A stretch of 64,000 bases of DNA, from NCBI GenBank assembly GCA_035526585.1, contig DATLCC010000087.1:80-64079 (forward strand), read 5' to 3'. The first letter of the stretch is position 1; each line of letters starts with the position of its first letter. This document shows positions 9,459-17,895 of this stretch, piece by piece. The position numbers were made by a program, and so were the translations under genes. The DNA comes from Thermoplasmatota archaeon (GTDB taxonomy: Archaea; Thermoplasmatota; SW-10-69-26; JACQPN01; JAJPHT01). The notes below the pieces were generated by a model. That model was given only the letters and a program-made list of their open reading frames with translations. It made no database searches and was not told the origin of the DNA.

Positions 9459-11681
9459 ATGTCCCCCCCGCCACCGCCCGAAGCCGGATCCGCCGCCCTC
9501 GACCCAGGGTCGGAAGAGCCTCAGGTGAAAAGCTGGGAGCGCTTCTTCAAGACGTACTACCGCGAGGAGATCAACGAGACCGCGATGGGGTGGCCCAACC
9601 GCCGCAGCCTCGTCATCGACTACTTCGACCTCCACAACCACGACGCGAACCTCGCCGATTTCCTGCTGAACCGCCCGCGCGAGGCGCTCGCGCACGCGCA
9701 CGAGGCGTTGAAGCTCGTCGACGTCCCCGGCGCCGACCTCCTCCCTTCCATGCCCCTTGGGCGCGCCGCGCTCACGGTGCGCGTGACGCGGCTTCCCGCG
9801 ACGCACACGATCGACGTGCGCGACCTGCGCGCAGACCATCTCGGCAAGCTCATCGCCGTGAAGGGGCTCGTGAAGAAGGTCACCGAGGTGCGCCCGAAGA
9901 TCCAGGAAGCGTTCTTCGTCTGCTCCCGCTGCGGCAACCCCGTCGGCGTGGAGCAGGACGAGCACCTCGTGCTGCAAGAGCCCACGGAGTGCCATGAGGA
10001 CCAGGGCGGCTGCGGGCGCGAGGCCAAGTTCAAGCTCATCGTCGGCGCGCACCGCGGCAAGTCGAGCCGCTTCATCGATACGCAGAAGCTCGAGGTCCAG
10101 GAGGCGCCGGAGAACATGCGCGGCGGCGAGCAGCCGCAGCGCCTGTCGCTCTTCGCGGAGGACGATCTCTGCGGCATGGTGCGCCCCGGCGAGCGCGTGA
10201 CGATGAACGGCGTGCTGCGCTCCAGCGTTCGCAAGGACCACGGCGTGAAGAGCACGATCTTCGACATCTTCCTCGAGGTGAACTCGGTCGAGAAGCACGA
10301 GCAGGAGTTCGAGGAGATCATGACGAGCGAGGAGGAGGAGGCGGAGATCCGCCGCTTCGCTCGCGACCCCGTCATCTACGACAAGCTGCGCGACGCGATC
10401 GCGCCGGCGCTCTACGGCATGGAGACGGAGAAGTTCACGCTCCTGCTGCAACTCTTTGGCGGCGTCGAGAAGATCCTTCCTGACAAGACGAAGCTCAGGG
10501 GCGATCTCCACGTCCTCCTCGTGGGCGACCCGGGCGTCGCGAAGTCGCAATTGATCCGCTACATGGCGAACCTCGCCCCGCGCGGCATCTACACGTCGGG
10601 CAAGTCGTCGAGCGGCGCCGGTCTCACCGCGGCGGCCGTGAAAGACGAGTTCGGCGAAGGCCGCTGGACCCTGGAAGCCGGCGCGATGGTGCTCGCCGAC
10701 CGCGGCCTTCTGTGCGTCGACGAGATCGACAAGATGGACAAGAACGACCAGAGCTCGATGCACGAAGGCATGGAGCAGCAGTCGATCAGCGTCGCAAAGG
10801 CAGGCATCACGGCGACCCTGCAATCGCGCTGCAGCGTGCTGGGCGCCGCGAACCCCAAGAGCGGTCGCTTCGACGAGTTCACGCCCATCGCAGAGCAGGT
10901 CAACTTCCCGCCCGCGCTCCTTTCGCGATTCGACGTCATCTTCGTGATGCAGGACAAGCCGAAGGTCGAGCACGACGCGAAGCTCGCGAACTACATCCTC
11001 AACAACCATCGCGGCGGCGCCATCCTCATGCAGCTGCGCCACGAGGACTCGCTCTACACCGAGGAGCAGGCCGACGCGCTCCTCGCGCGCATGCAGCCCG
11101 TGATCGCGCGCGAGATCGAGGGCTCGAAGCTCTTCAAGGACACGAAGGAGTTCCTGCGCAAGTACGTCGCGTACGCGAAGCGCTCGTGCCACCCGGTCCT
11201 CAGCGACGAGGCGCGCGAGAAGCTCGCGGCCTACTACGTCGACCTGCGCCGCCAGGCGGCGAACGCGGAGAGCAAGGCGATCCCGCTCACCGCGCGTCAG
11301 CTGGAGGCGCTCATCCGCATCAGCGAGGCAAGCGCGCGCGTGCGCCTCTCGCAGGAGGTCGCGATCGACGACGCCGAGCGCGCGATCCAGATCTACGAGT
11401 ACTACATGCGGCGCCTGGGCTCGAGCGAGGGCGGCATCATGGACATCGACATGGTGGCCTCCGGCGTCTCGGCGAGCCAGCGCAACAACATCGGCACCGT
11501 GAAGCAGGTGATCCGCGACCTCGAGGCGGCCAACCCCGACGGCGCCGAGTGGCCCGAGGTCGTCCGCGAGGCCGAGCGGCGCGGCGTGCCCTTCGCGAAG
11601 CTCGACGAGATCGTGAAGCGCCTCAAGCAGCAGGGCGAGGTCTACCAGGGGCGCACGGACAACCACCTGAAGCTCGTGTAG
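9459..11681 (+). CDS. mcm: MCM replicative helicase
   Basis: The Zn motif is CSRCG..C..C, Walker A is GDPGVAKSQ, Walker B is CVDEIDKM, and the Arg finger is SRFDVIF. A C-terminal wHTH is present. No intein is seen. Confidence 0.95.
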   Translation: MSPPPPPEAGSAALDPGSEEPQVKSWERFFKTYYREEINETAMGWPNRRSLVIDYFDLHNHDANLADFLLNRPREALAHAHEALKLVDVPGADLLPSMPLGRAALTVRVTRLPATHTIDVRDLRADHLGKLIAVKGLVKKVTEVRPKIQEAFFVCSRCGNPVGVEQDEHLVLQEPTECHEDQGGCGREAKFKLIVGAHRGKSSRFIDTQKLEVQEAPENMRGGEQPQRLSLFAEDDLCGMVRPGERVTMNGVLRSSVRKDHGVKSTIFDIFLEVNSVEKHEQEFEEIMTSEEEEAEIRRFARDPVIYDKLRDAIAPALYGMETEKFTLLLQLFGGVEKILPDKTKLRGDLHVLLVGDPGVAKSQLIRYMANLAPRGIYTSGKSSSGAGLTAAAVKDEFGEGRWTLEAGAMVLADRGLLCVDEIDKMDKNDQSSMHEGMEQQSISVAKAGITATLQSRCSVLGAANPKSGRFDEFTPIAEQVNFPPALLSRFDVIFVMQDKPKVEHDAKLANYILNNHRGGAILMQLRHEDSLYTEEQADALLARMQPVIAREIEGSKLFKDTKEFLRKYVAYAKRSCHPVLSDEAREKLAAYYVDLRRQAANAESKAIPLTARQLEALIRISEASARVRLSQEVAIDDAERAIQIYEYYMRRLGSSEGGIMDIDMVASGVSASQRNNIGTVKQVIRDLEAANPDGAEWPEVVREAERRGVPFAKLDEIVKRLKQQGEVYQGRTDNHLKLV

Positions 11682-11740
11682 GCAAAGTCCGGCGGCTGCT
11701 GGCCGTCTCCTCGCTCAGATGCGCCTATGCAGCCGACACG

Positions 11741-11747
11741 CATATCC
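11741..11747 (+). promoter_or_regulatory. TATA-like box (CATATCC) about 28 nt upstream of ATG 11772
   Basis: Its position relative to the preferred start of the DUF892 gene supports the shorter, leaderless gene model. Confidence 0.3.
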
Positions 11748-11771
11748 CGCCTGGCGAAGAATGCGCGCCGC

Positions 11772-12308
11772 ATGACGATGGAAACGCTGCACGACCTGTT
11801 CGAGCACGAACTCAAGGACATCTACGACGCGGAGTCGCGCCTGGTGGATGCGCTGCGCCAGCAGGCATCCGAATCGACCGATGCGCAGATACGAGCCGCG
11901 TTCCAGGCTCACATGAAGGAGACCGAAGGGCAGAAGGAGCGCCTCGAGCAGGTCTTCGAGATCTGGGGCAAGGAGGCCACGCGGGGCGAGGGCTGCGCGG
12001 GGGTCCAGGGGCTCCTCGAGGAGCACAAGAACTTCAAGCGCGAGAAGCCCGCCGGCCCGATCCTCGACGTGTTCAACCTCGGCGCGGCGGCGAAGGTGGA
12101 GCGCTACGAGATCACGGCCTACGAGGGACTCATCCGTCTTGCGACACAGATGGGGCTCGACGATGCGGTGGAGCTCCTCGAGCAGAACCTCGAGGAGGAG
12201 GAGGCGACGCTCGAGAAGGTCACCGGCTTCCTCGACGACGAGAAGGTCGTCGCGAAGATGAAGACCGGCGAGAAGGTCGGCTCCAAGGGGCCGACCCGGT
12301 CGCGCTGA
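11772..12308 (+). CDS. DUF892 / YciE-like ferritin-like protein
   Basis: MTMETLHDLFEHELKDIYDAESRLVDAL..AHMKETEGQKERLEQVFE matches the DUF892 helical-bundle signature. The track start is 11727. Confidence 0.75.
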   Translation: MTMETLHDLFEHELKDIYDAESRLVDALRQQASESTDAQIRAAFQAHMKETEGQKERLEQVFEIWGKEATRGEGCAGVQGLLEEHKNFKREKPAGPILDVFNLGAAAKVERYEITAYEGLIRLATQMGLDDAVELLEQNLEEEEATLEKVTGFLDDEKVVAKMKTGEKVGSKGPTRSR

Positions 12309-12326
12309 AGGGAGTCCTCGCCATCG

Positions 12327-13274
12327 CTAGACGAGCTGCATCGCGAGGAAAGCGCCGACAGCCGCGACCGGAAGGATCCACGCCCCGCGCAGGTTGATCG
12401 TCCGTGAGCGGGCGGGATCCTTCCAACGGATGTCGGACAGCGCGACGAGCGCCGTGATCAGCACGCTCCCGAAGAGGAACACGTCGATCGAGAGCATGTA
12501 GCGATCGAGGAAGATCATGTGCGACAGGCTCGGCAGGCTTGCCGACTGGCCGGCGTGGAACATGACGCTGCTGATCGCCATGTTCGCCGTCAACGCGAAC
12601 CGCGTCGCGATCTTGTCCGCTCCCACAAGGAAGAAGGAGACGGCGGAGATGACCACGAACGCGAGCGGCGGCACGATCACCTTGAGGACTCCGGAGAGCA
12701 CGCTGCGCTCCAGCGTCACGACGAAGCGCGCCTGGCTGTACGGCTCGTCGAAGCTGTAGTCGTTCTGGATCGTCTCGAACGACCAGTTCCGCACCTCCCA
12801 GCCTGCGGCCTGGAAGTCGTCGTCGAGCCCGCTCTTCTCGGTGCGCGGCGCGTACACGAGCTGGCTCTGCGGGAATGCGGTGTCCTCCACGCGGACCTCG
12901 ATCGTCTGGCGGTCGAACGGGTACGCGTCGAAGCGCGGCTCGCTGTACAGGTTGGCCTGGATCCGGTACCAGAGCTCGCGCATGCCCGTGGTCTCGTTCA
13001 CGAGGTCCGCCTGGAGGTCGCGGCTCGTCGCCCGGCCATTCGCGAACTCGAACGCGCCCGGCGTGAAATCGGGGGGCGCGCGTTGCGGGTCCCACGTCAT
13101 GACGAGGTAGAAGTCCAGCACGTAGCTGCCCTGCTTCGCGTCGTAGTTGCCGAGGTTCACGACGACCACCGTGATGTCGACGCGCACGGGATCCTGCGCC
13201 TGCGCAACACCCGACGGAGTGACCACAAGCAGGAGAAGCCCGACGACGACAAGCCACCGCTCCACGAAGGGCAC
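12327..13274 (-). CDS. Pentameric ligand-gated ion channel (Cys-loop receptor / GLIC-ELIC family) homologue
   Basis: A signal peptide is followed by a beta-rich extracellular domain of about 190 aa with the hallmark loop YPFDRQTIEVRVE. Four C-terminal TM helices follow (VLKVIVPPLAFVVISAVSFFLV, ..FALTANMAISSVMF.., ..YMLSIDVFLFGSVLITALV.., ..AWILPVAAVGAFLAMQLV). The start is uncertain: ATG 13355 or 13322, or GTG 13274 or 13265. The GTG starts give a clean signal peptide and lie about 25-30 nt from the only AT-rich site (TTAA 13292-13295). Confidence 0.8.
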   Translation of the reverse strand: MPFVERWLVVVGLLLLVVTPSGVAQAQDPVRVDITVVVVNLGNYDAKQGSYVLDFYLVMTWDPQRAPPDFTPGAFEFANGRATSRDLQADLVNETTGMRELWYRIQANLYSEPRFDAYPFDRQTIEVRVEDTAFPQSQLVYAPRTEKSGLDDDFQAAGWEVRNWSFETIQNDYSFDEPYSQARFVVTLERSVLSGVLKVIVPPLAFVVISAVSFFLVGADKIATRFALTANMAISSVMFHAGQSASLPSLSHMIFLDRYMLSIDVFLFGSVLITALVALSDIRWKDPARSRTINLRGAWILPVAAVGAFLAMQLV

Positions 13275-13346
13275 AGGCAGGAGATCGCCCCTTAACGGTT
13301 TGGTGCGCACCGGAACACCCATCCGGCGCGGCCGCCTGCGAGCCAC

Positions 13347-14207
13347 GTGGCCCATCGCGCCGGGGATATCGTGGACCTCGTGCGCCTCACGCGCCCCGCG
13401 AATGCGTTCGTGGCAGCCGCGGGCGCGTACGTCGGCGCGCTCCTCTCCGGCGCGGCGTGGGTCCCGGAGCGCGCGGTCATCGCCTCAATGATCGCCGCGT
13501 TCACGTTCGCCGCCGCAGGCAACGTGCGCAACGACCTCGGCGACATCGCGATCGACCGCGTCGCGCACCCCGAGCGCCCGCTCGCGCGCGGCAGCATCCA
13601 CGCGGCGCAGGCCCGCCAGCTCGCTGTCGGGCTCTACCTCGTCTCGCTCGCAGCCGCGCTCCTCGTCTCCTGGTGGGGCGCGCTCCTCGTCCTCCTCGCG
13701 CTCCCCCTCATGGAAGCGTACGAACGCTGGGGGAAGGCGCGTGGCCTCCCGGGCAACCTCCTCGTCGCGCTCCTCACCGGCGCCCCCTTCGTCCTTGGCG
13801 CCCTCGCGGGCGGCGGACATGTCGGCCCGGCCGCGCTCGCGGTGGCCGCCCTCGCCGCGCTCGCCACCGCGGGGCGCGAGGTGCTCAAGGACGTGGAGGA
13901 CGTCGAAGCCGACGTCGGCTTCCGCCGCACGCTCCCGATGCGCATCGGCGCGCGCCGCGCAGCGCTCGTCGCGGGCGCGTTCCTCCTTGCCGCGGCCCTC
14001 CTCTCGCCGCTGCCCTTTCTCCTCGAAACCGTTTTAGGCGAATGGTATCTTCTTGGCGTCGTCGCCGCAGACGCCTGTTTCCTCGCCGCCGCGGCGATGG
14101 GCAGCCGCGCGCCAGGACGCGCGCAGCGCCTCGTGAAGCTGGGCATGGTCGCGGCGCTCCTCGCGCTCGTCCTGGGGCGCGCAAGCTTCGTGGAGATGAC
14201 CCTGTGA
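13347..14207 (+). CDS. UbiA-family prenyltransferase, probable digeranylgeranylglyceryl phosphate (DGGGP) synthase
   Basis: 286 aa and polytopic. The Asp-rich motifs are NVRNDLGDIAIDR and KDVEDVEAD. It is translationally coupled (GTGA) to the GGGP synthase. Confidence 0.8.
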   Translation: MAHRAGDIVDLVRLTRPANAFVAAAGAYVGALLSGAAWVPERAVIASMIAAFTFAAAGNVRNDLGDIAIDRVAHPERPLARGSIHAAQARQLAVGLYLVSLAAALLVSWWGALLVLLALPLMEAYERWGKARGLPGNLLVALLTGAPFVLGALAGGGHVGPAALAVAALAALATAGREVLKDVEDVEADVGFRRTLPMRIGARRAALVAGAFLLAAALLSPLPFLLETVLGEWYLLGVVAADACFLAAAAMGSRAPGRAQRLVKLGMVAALLALVLGRASFVEMTL

Positions 14208-14959
14208 CCGAGCGCGTGTGGGAGACCGTCCAGCGCCTGCTGCGCGACGGGCCCATCCACATGACGCTCCTGGACCCCGCCTCCTCGCCCGGACGCGCCG
14301 GCGAAGAGATCGCGACCATCGCCGCCTCGAAAGGCACGCACGCGATCATGGTCGGCGGCTCCACCGACGTCTCGAGCGACAACCTCGACACGCTCGTGCA
14401 GCACATCAAGGAGAAGACGCACCTCCCCGTCATCTACTTCCCGAGCACGTCGGGCGCCATGAGCTCGCACGTCGACGCGATCTACTTCCTCAGCGTCCTC
14501 AACAGCCGCGACCCGCGCTTCATCGTGCGCGAGCAGGCGCTGGGCGCGCCCCTCATCAAGGCGATCGGCATGGAAGCGATCCCGATGGGCTACATCCTCG
14601 TCGAGCCGGGGATGAAGGTCGGCGCGGTGAGCGACGCACACCTCATCGAGCGCACGAAACACGGCGCCGAGCGCGCGGCCGGCCTCGCCCTCGCCGCCCA
14701 ATACTTCGGCATGAAGCTCGTCTACCTCGAATGCGGCAGCGGCGCCCCCAGCCCCTGCCCGGTAGACATCGTGCGTGCCGTCCGCGAGGTCCTCGACATC
14801 CCGCTCGTCGTGGGGGGCGGCATCCGCAGCGGCGCCGAGGCGCGCGCCCTCCTCGAAGCGGGCGCCGACGTCCTCGTCACGGGGACGATCGCCGAGAACC
14901 GGCAGTTCGACCGGCTGGGCGAGGTCGTGGCGACGGTGCGCGAGCGGCGACGGGCGTGA
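14204..14959 (+). CDS. Geranylgeranylglyceryl phosphate (GGGP) synthase, PcrB family
   Basis: This is the C-terminal part of track ORF 13457..14959. GTG 14204 overlaps the upstream stop. Motifs are HMTLLDP, IMVGGST, YLECGSGA and VVGGGIRS. Confidence 0.9.
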   Translation: MTERVWETVQRLLRDGPIHMTLLDPASSPGRAGEEIATIAASKGTHAIMVGGSTDVSSDNLDTLVQHIKEKTHLPVIYFPSTSGAMSSHVDAIYFLSVLNSRDPRFIVREQALGAPLIKAIGMEAIPMGYILVEPGMKVGAVSDAHLIERTKHGAERAAGLALAAQYFGMKLVYLECGSGAPSPCPVDIVRAVREVLDIPLVVGGGIRSGAEARALLEAGADVLVTGTIAENRQFDRLGEVVATVRERRRA

Positions 14960-15092
14960 GATGCCAAGTGGCGCCACATGGCGCCATGTGGGGGACATTT
15001 CAACGCTTCAACGGTCAAAACCCCGGCCTGGCGCGGGCGCGCGTGCGCGAGCCAGCATGTTTCAACCACTGTTCAACGAGGGGTCCAATCCC

Positions 15093-15099
15093 TTTATAT
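15093..15099 (+). promoter_or_regulatory. TATA box (TTTATAT) 26-32 nt upstream of ATG 15125
   Basis: This is the best TATA match in the window. The earlier in-frame ATG at 15098 lies inside it, which argues for the 15125 start and a leaderless mRNA. Confidence 0.5.
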
Positions 15100-15124
15100 G
15101 TCCACCGCGGGCCTCGTTCGACCG

Positions 15125-16786
15125 ATGACAGCGAAGGCTTGGTTCGTCCTCGCGTGGCTCGCGGTGCTCCCCCTTGCGGCGGCCACCTACGGCGAGGGTA
15201 GCGCGCTCGAGGTCGCGGCGCCGGCGACGACCGATGGCCAGGCCGACACGCTCCTTCCCGCCGGGGTCGCGAGCTTCGTGAGCCCCAGCGCGAGCACGCC
15301 GATCCTCGTCCATCTCAATGCGGATGGGGCGCAGGTGGTGCTCCGGACCTACGATCCAAGCTGCGGCTTCCCCACCACGATCCCGGGCGCGCCCCCGGGC
15401 GCCTGCGGCGGGCAAGGACAGGCGCGCGACGAGGAGGTCGTCCTTTCCGACGTGAGCCTCGCGGTCGTGAAGCCCCTTTCCGCCTACAAGCTCGTCGTGT
15501 CGACCGACCGCCAGTATGCGGACTCGCCGAGCTTCGGCGCGGGCGGCGACCTCGTCGTCACGACGAGCGGCACGACCACGCTTGGCACGAACGACGCGCC
15601 CCAGTACCTCTCGGGGAGCGACACCGGGTGGAACTCGGACACGTCCAACAAGCCCTTCCAGCCGATCTACACGGCGGACGCGGACGGCGCGCAGTTCGGC
15701 GCGAGCGGCGCGATCTTCCGCGCGGTCGACAGCTTCGAGGTCTTCCTCCAGGGCGTCCAGATCACCGTCCTGGGCACGGACCCGGACGGGAGCGACTACA
15801 GCCAGACGTTCGACACCCGCGTCCCGAGCGACGCGAACGCGCCCATGAAAGTGCTGGTGGTCGAGGTGAACGGCGGCGACCTCCAGGCGACGTCGAGCGC
15901 GCCGTTCACCGGCTTCGCGCCGGCGGATCAGCATCCGATCACGGACGTGCACACGCGCGCGAAGTTCGACGGCGCGACCGGCACCGTGCACAAGGACGGC
16001 GACACGATCGACCATACATCGGAAGCGGTCTCGCTCGCCGGCCCCCTCTCGCTCCAGCTCACGCGGGCGGGCGACGGCCGCCTCGCGTACACGATCGTGG
16101 ACGGCCTCCAGCTCTCCGCGCTCGCGCAGCCGCCTGCGGACGACGACAAGCCCATCCCGCCCGCCGCGCTCGCCGCAGCGGGCGCCGCTGGCGCCGGCGG
16201 CGCGGGCGCGCTCGTGGCGCTCCTGTACTTCTGGCCTCGCCTCAAATACGCGTGGACGCTCGCGCTCCTCCCGATGTACACGCGCATCGAGCGCGACGCC
16301 GTGCTCGAGCACGAGAAGCGCGACGAGCTCTACGAGCTGATCCGCGTCACGCCCGGCATCCACGCGCACGAGATCGGGGAGAAGGCGCGCATCGGCTGGG
16401 GCACGACCGTCTACCACCTGAAGCTCCTCGAGAACCACGGGCTCATCGTATCCAAGAAGAGCGGACGCTACAAGCGCTTCTTCGTGAACACGGGCGAGTA
16501 CACCAAGAAGAAGGACGTCTATGGCGCGCTGCGCAACGAGACCGCGAAGGGCGTCGCCGACTACATCGTGAACCACCCGGGCACGACGCAGAAGGAGATG
16601 TGCGCCGCGCTTGGCATCCAGCCCTCCCTCGCGAGCTGGCACGTCGAGAAGCTCGAAGGCGTCGAGCTCGTGAAGCGCGTGAAGGACGGCCGCATGGTGC
16701 GCTACTTCGCCGGCCCCGCGTGGAGCGAGCTCAACGTCCGCATCGACCCGCTGGGCGGGGGAGCCGGATCGCCGGCGGAGACGTAG
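15125..16786 (+). CDS. Membrane-tethered transcription-regulator-like protein: signal/anchor, extracellular domain of about 390 aa, TM helix, two cytoplasmic winged-helix domains
   Basis: The N-terminus is MTAKAWFVLAWLAVLPLAAA. The central TM is AGAGGAGALVALLYFWP. The C-terminus holds tandem wHTH modules (ELYELIRVTPGIHAHEIGEKARIGWGTTVYHLKLLENHGLIV and VADYIVNHPGTTQKEMCAALGIQPSLASWHVEKLEGVELV). Confidence 0.7.
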   Translation: MTAKAWFVLAWLAVLPLAAATYGEGSALEVAAPATTDGQADTLLPAGVASFVSPSASTPILVHLNADGAQVVLRTYDPSCGFPTTIPGAPPGACGGQGQARDEEVVLSDVSLAVVKPLSAYKLVVSTDRQYADSPSFGAGGDLVVTTSGTTTLGTNDAPQYLSGSDTGWNSDTSNKPFQPIYTADADGAQFGASGAIFRAVDSFEVFLQGVQITVLGTDPDGSDYSQTFDTRVPSDANAPMKVLVVEVNGGDLQATSSAPFTGFAPADQHPITDVHTRAKFDGATGTVHKDGDTIDHTSEAVSLAGPLSLQLTRAGDGRLAYTIVDGLQLSALAQPPADDDKPIPPAALAAAGAAGAGGAGALVALLYFWPRLKYAWTLALLPMYTRIERDAVLEHEKRDELYELIRVTPGIHAHEIGEKARIGWGTTVYHLKLLENHGLIVSKKSGRYKRFFVNTGEYTKKKDVYGALRNETAKGVADYIVNHPGTTQKEMCAALGIQPSLASWHVEKLEGVELVKRVKDGRMVRYFAGPAWSELNVRIDPLGGGAGSPAET

Positions 16787-16900
16787 TCGCCGCCAAGATG
16801 CAGGAGCCCTCTCCCCTGCCTCCGTCCTCCCGCTTCCTCTTCCGCTTCCGCCACCTCTTGGCAGAGGAACCCTGAAGCGCGCCCCCCGCCTCGCGCGCGC

Positions 16901-17578
16901 ATGGCGCGCCACCCTGTCATCGAGGGGATGCTGCGCGCCCTCTCGCTCGCGCCCGGCATCATCCCGCTCGGCATGGTCTTCGGCGCCGCCGCGAGCGCCG
17001 CCGGCATGGGCGCGGCGGGCGCGACGCTCCTCTCTGCGCTCGTGTTCGCAGGCGGCGCGCAGTTCGCCTCGCTCGCATATCTGGGCGCCCCTTACGTCGC
17101 GATCGGCCTCGTCGCGATCGTGAACTCGCGCTATTTTCTGCTTTCCGCTGCGGCGCTGGACCTGGCCCGGAGGGCGGGCGCCACGCGCGCGCAGCGCGTG
17201 CTCATCGCTCTGGGCGTCGTGGATGAGAGCTACGCGCTCCAGGCCGCGTGGGCCAGAGAGACGATCCCGTCGATCGTGGGCCTCCTTGCGGTCCCGTTCA
17301 CGTTCTGGACCATGTGGGTGGGCGGGACGTTGGCGGGCGCGCTCATCGGGGATCGGTTGCCTTCGCTCGTCCCATTCGGCCTGGACTACGCGCTCCCCGG
17401 CATCTTCGTCGGCCTTCTGGGCATCTTCGCCGACACGCGCGCGCGCCTCGTGGCGGGACTCGTCGCGCTTGCGCTGGGTGGCGCGCTCGCCCTCGCGGGC
17501 TTCGGCACGATCGCGGTCTTGCTCGTGCCGCCCGCGCTCGCGTTCGCGCTCGGGAGGTGGGGGCCTGCTCAGCGCTGA
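16901..17578 (+). CDS. azlC: AzlC-family branched-chain amino acid exporter subunit
   Basis: 225 aa and polytopic, with LVFAGGAQF and an AzlC-like profile. Confidence 0.85.
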   Translation: MARHPVIEGMLRALSLAPGIIPLGMVFGAAASAAGMGAAGATLLSALVFAGGAQFASLAYLGAPYVAIGLVAIVNSRYFLLSAAALDLARRAGATRAQRVLIALGVVDESYALQAAWARETIPSIVGLLAVPFTFWTMWVGGTLAGALIGDRLPSLVPFGLDYALPGIFVGLLGIFADTRARLVAGLVALALGGALALAGFGTIAVLLVPPALAFALGRWGPAQR

Positions 17579-17588
17579 ATGGATCCTC

Positions 17589-17873
17589 GTGCTTGGCGCG
17601 GGCGCGGCGAGCGTCGCCATCCGCCTCGCGCCCGAGATGTGGCTGCGCGGCCGCGCGCCCCCCACCGCCCTCGCGCGAGCCCTCCCCTGGCTGCCCGTGG
17701 TGGTCGCGGGCGCGCTTGCCGGCATCCTCCACTTCGGAGCGCCTCCGGACGTGCGCTCGCAATACCTCATCGCGGCGATACCAGCGGGCTCCACCCTTCT
17801 ATGGCGCCGCTCCTTCTACCTGCCGCTCCTCGCAGGCGCGGCGACGCTGGCATTGCTGCGAGCGATGACCTAG
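17589..17873 (+). CDS. azlD: AzlD-family small membrane protein
   Basis: This is the C-terminal part of track ORF 17223..17873 (..WILVLGAGAASVAIRLAPE..). It lies directly after azlC. The first canonical in-frame start is GTG 17589; CTG 17565 would give a fuller N-terminus. Confidence 0.6.
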   Translation: MLGAGAASVAIRLAPEMWLRGRAPPTALARALPWLPVVVAGALAGILHFGAPPDVRSQYLIAAIPAGSTLLWRRSFYLPLLAGAATLALLRAMT

Positions 17874-17895
17874 CGACGTGCTGCGCGCCCGCGAC

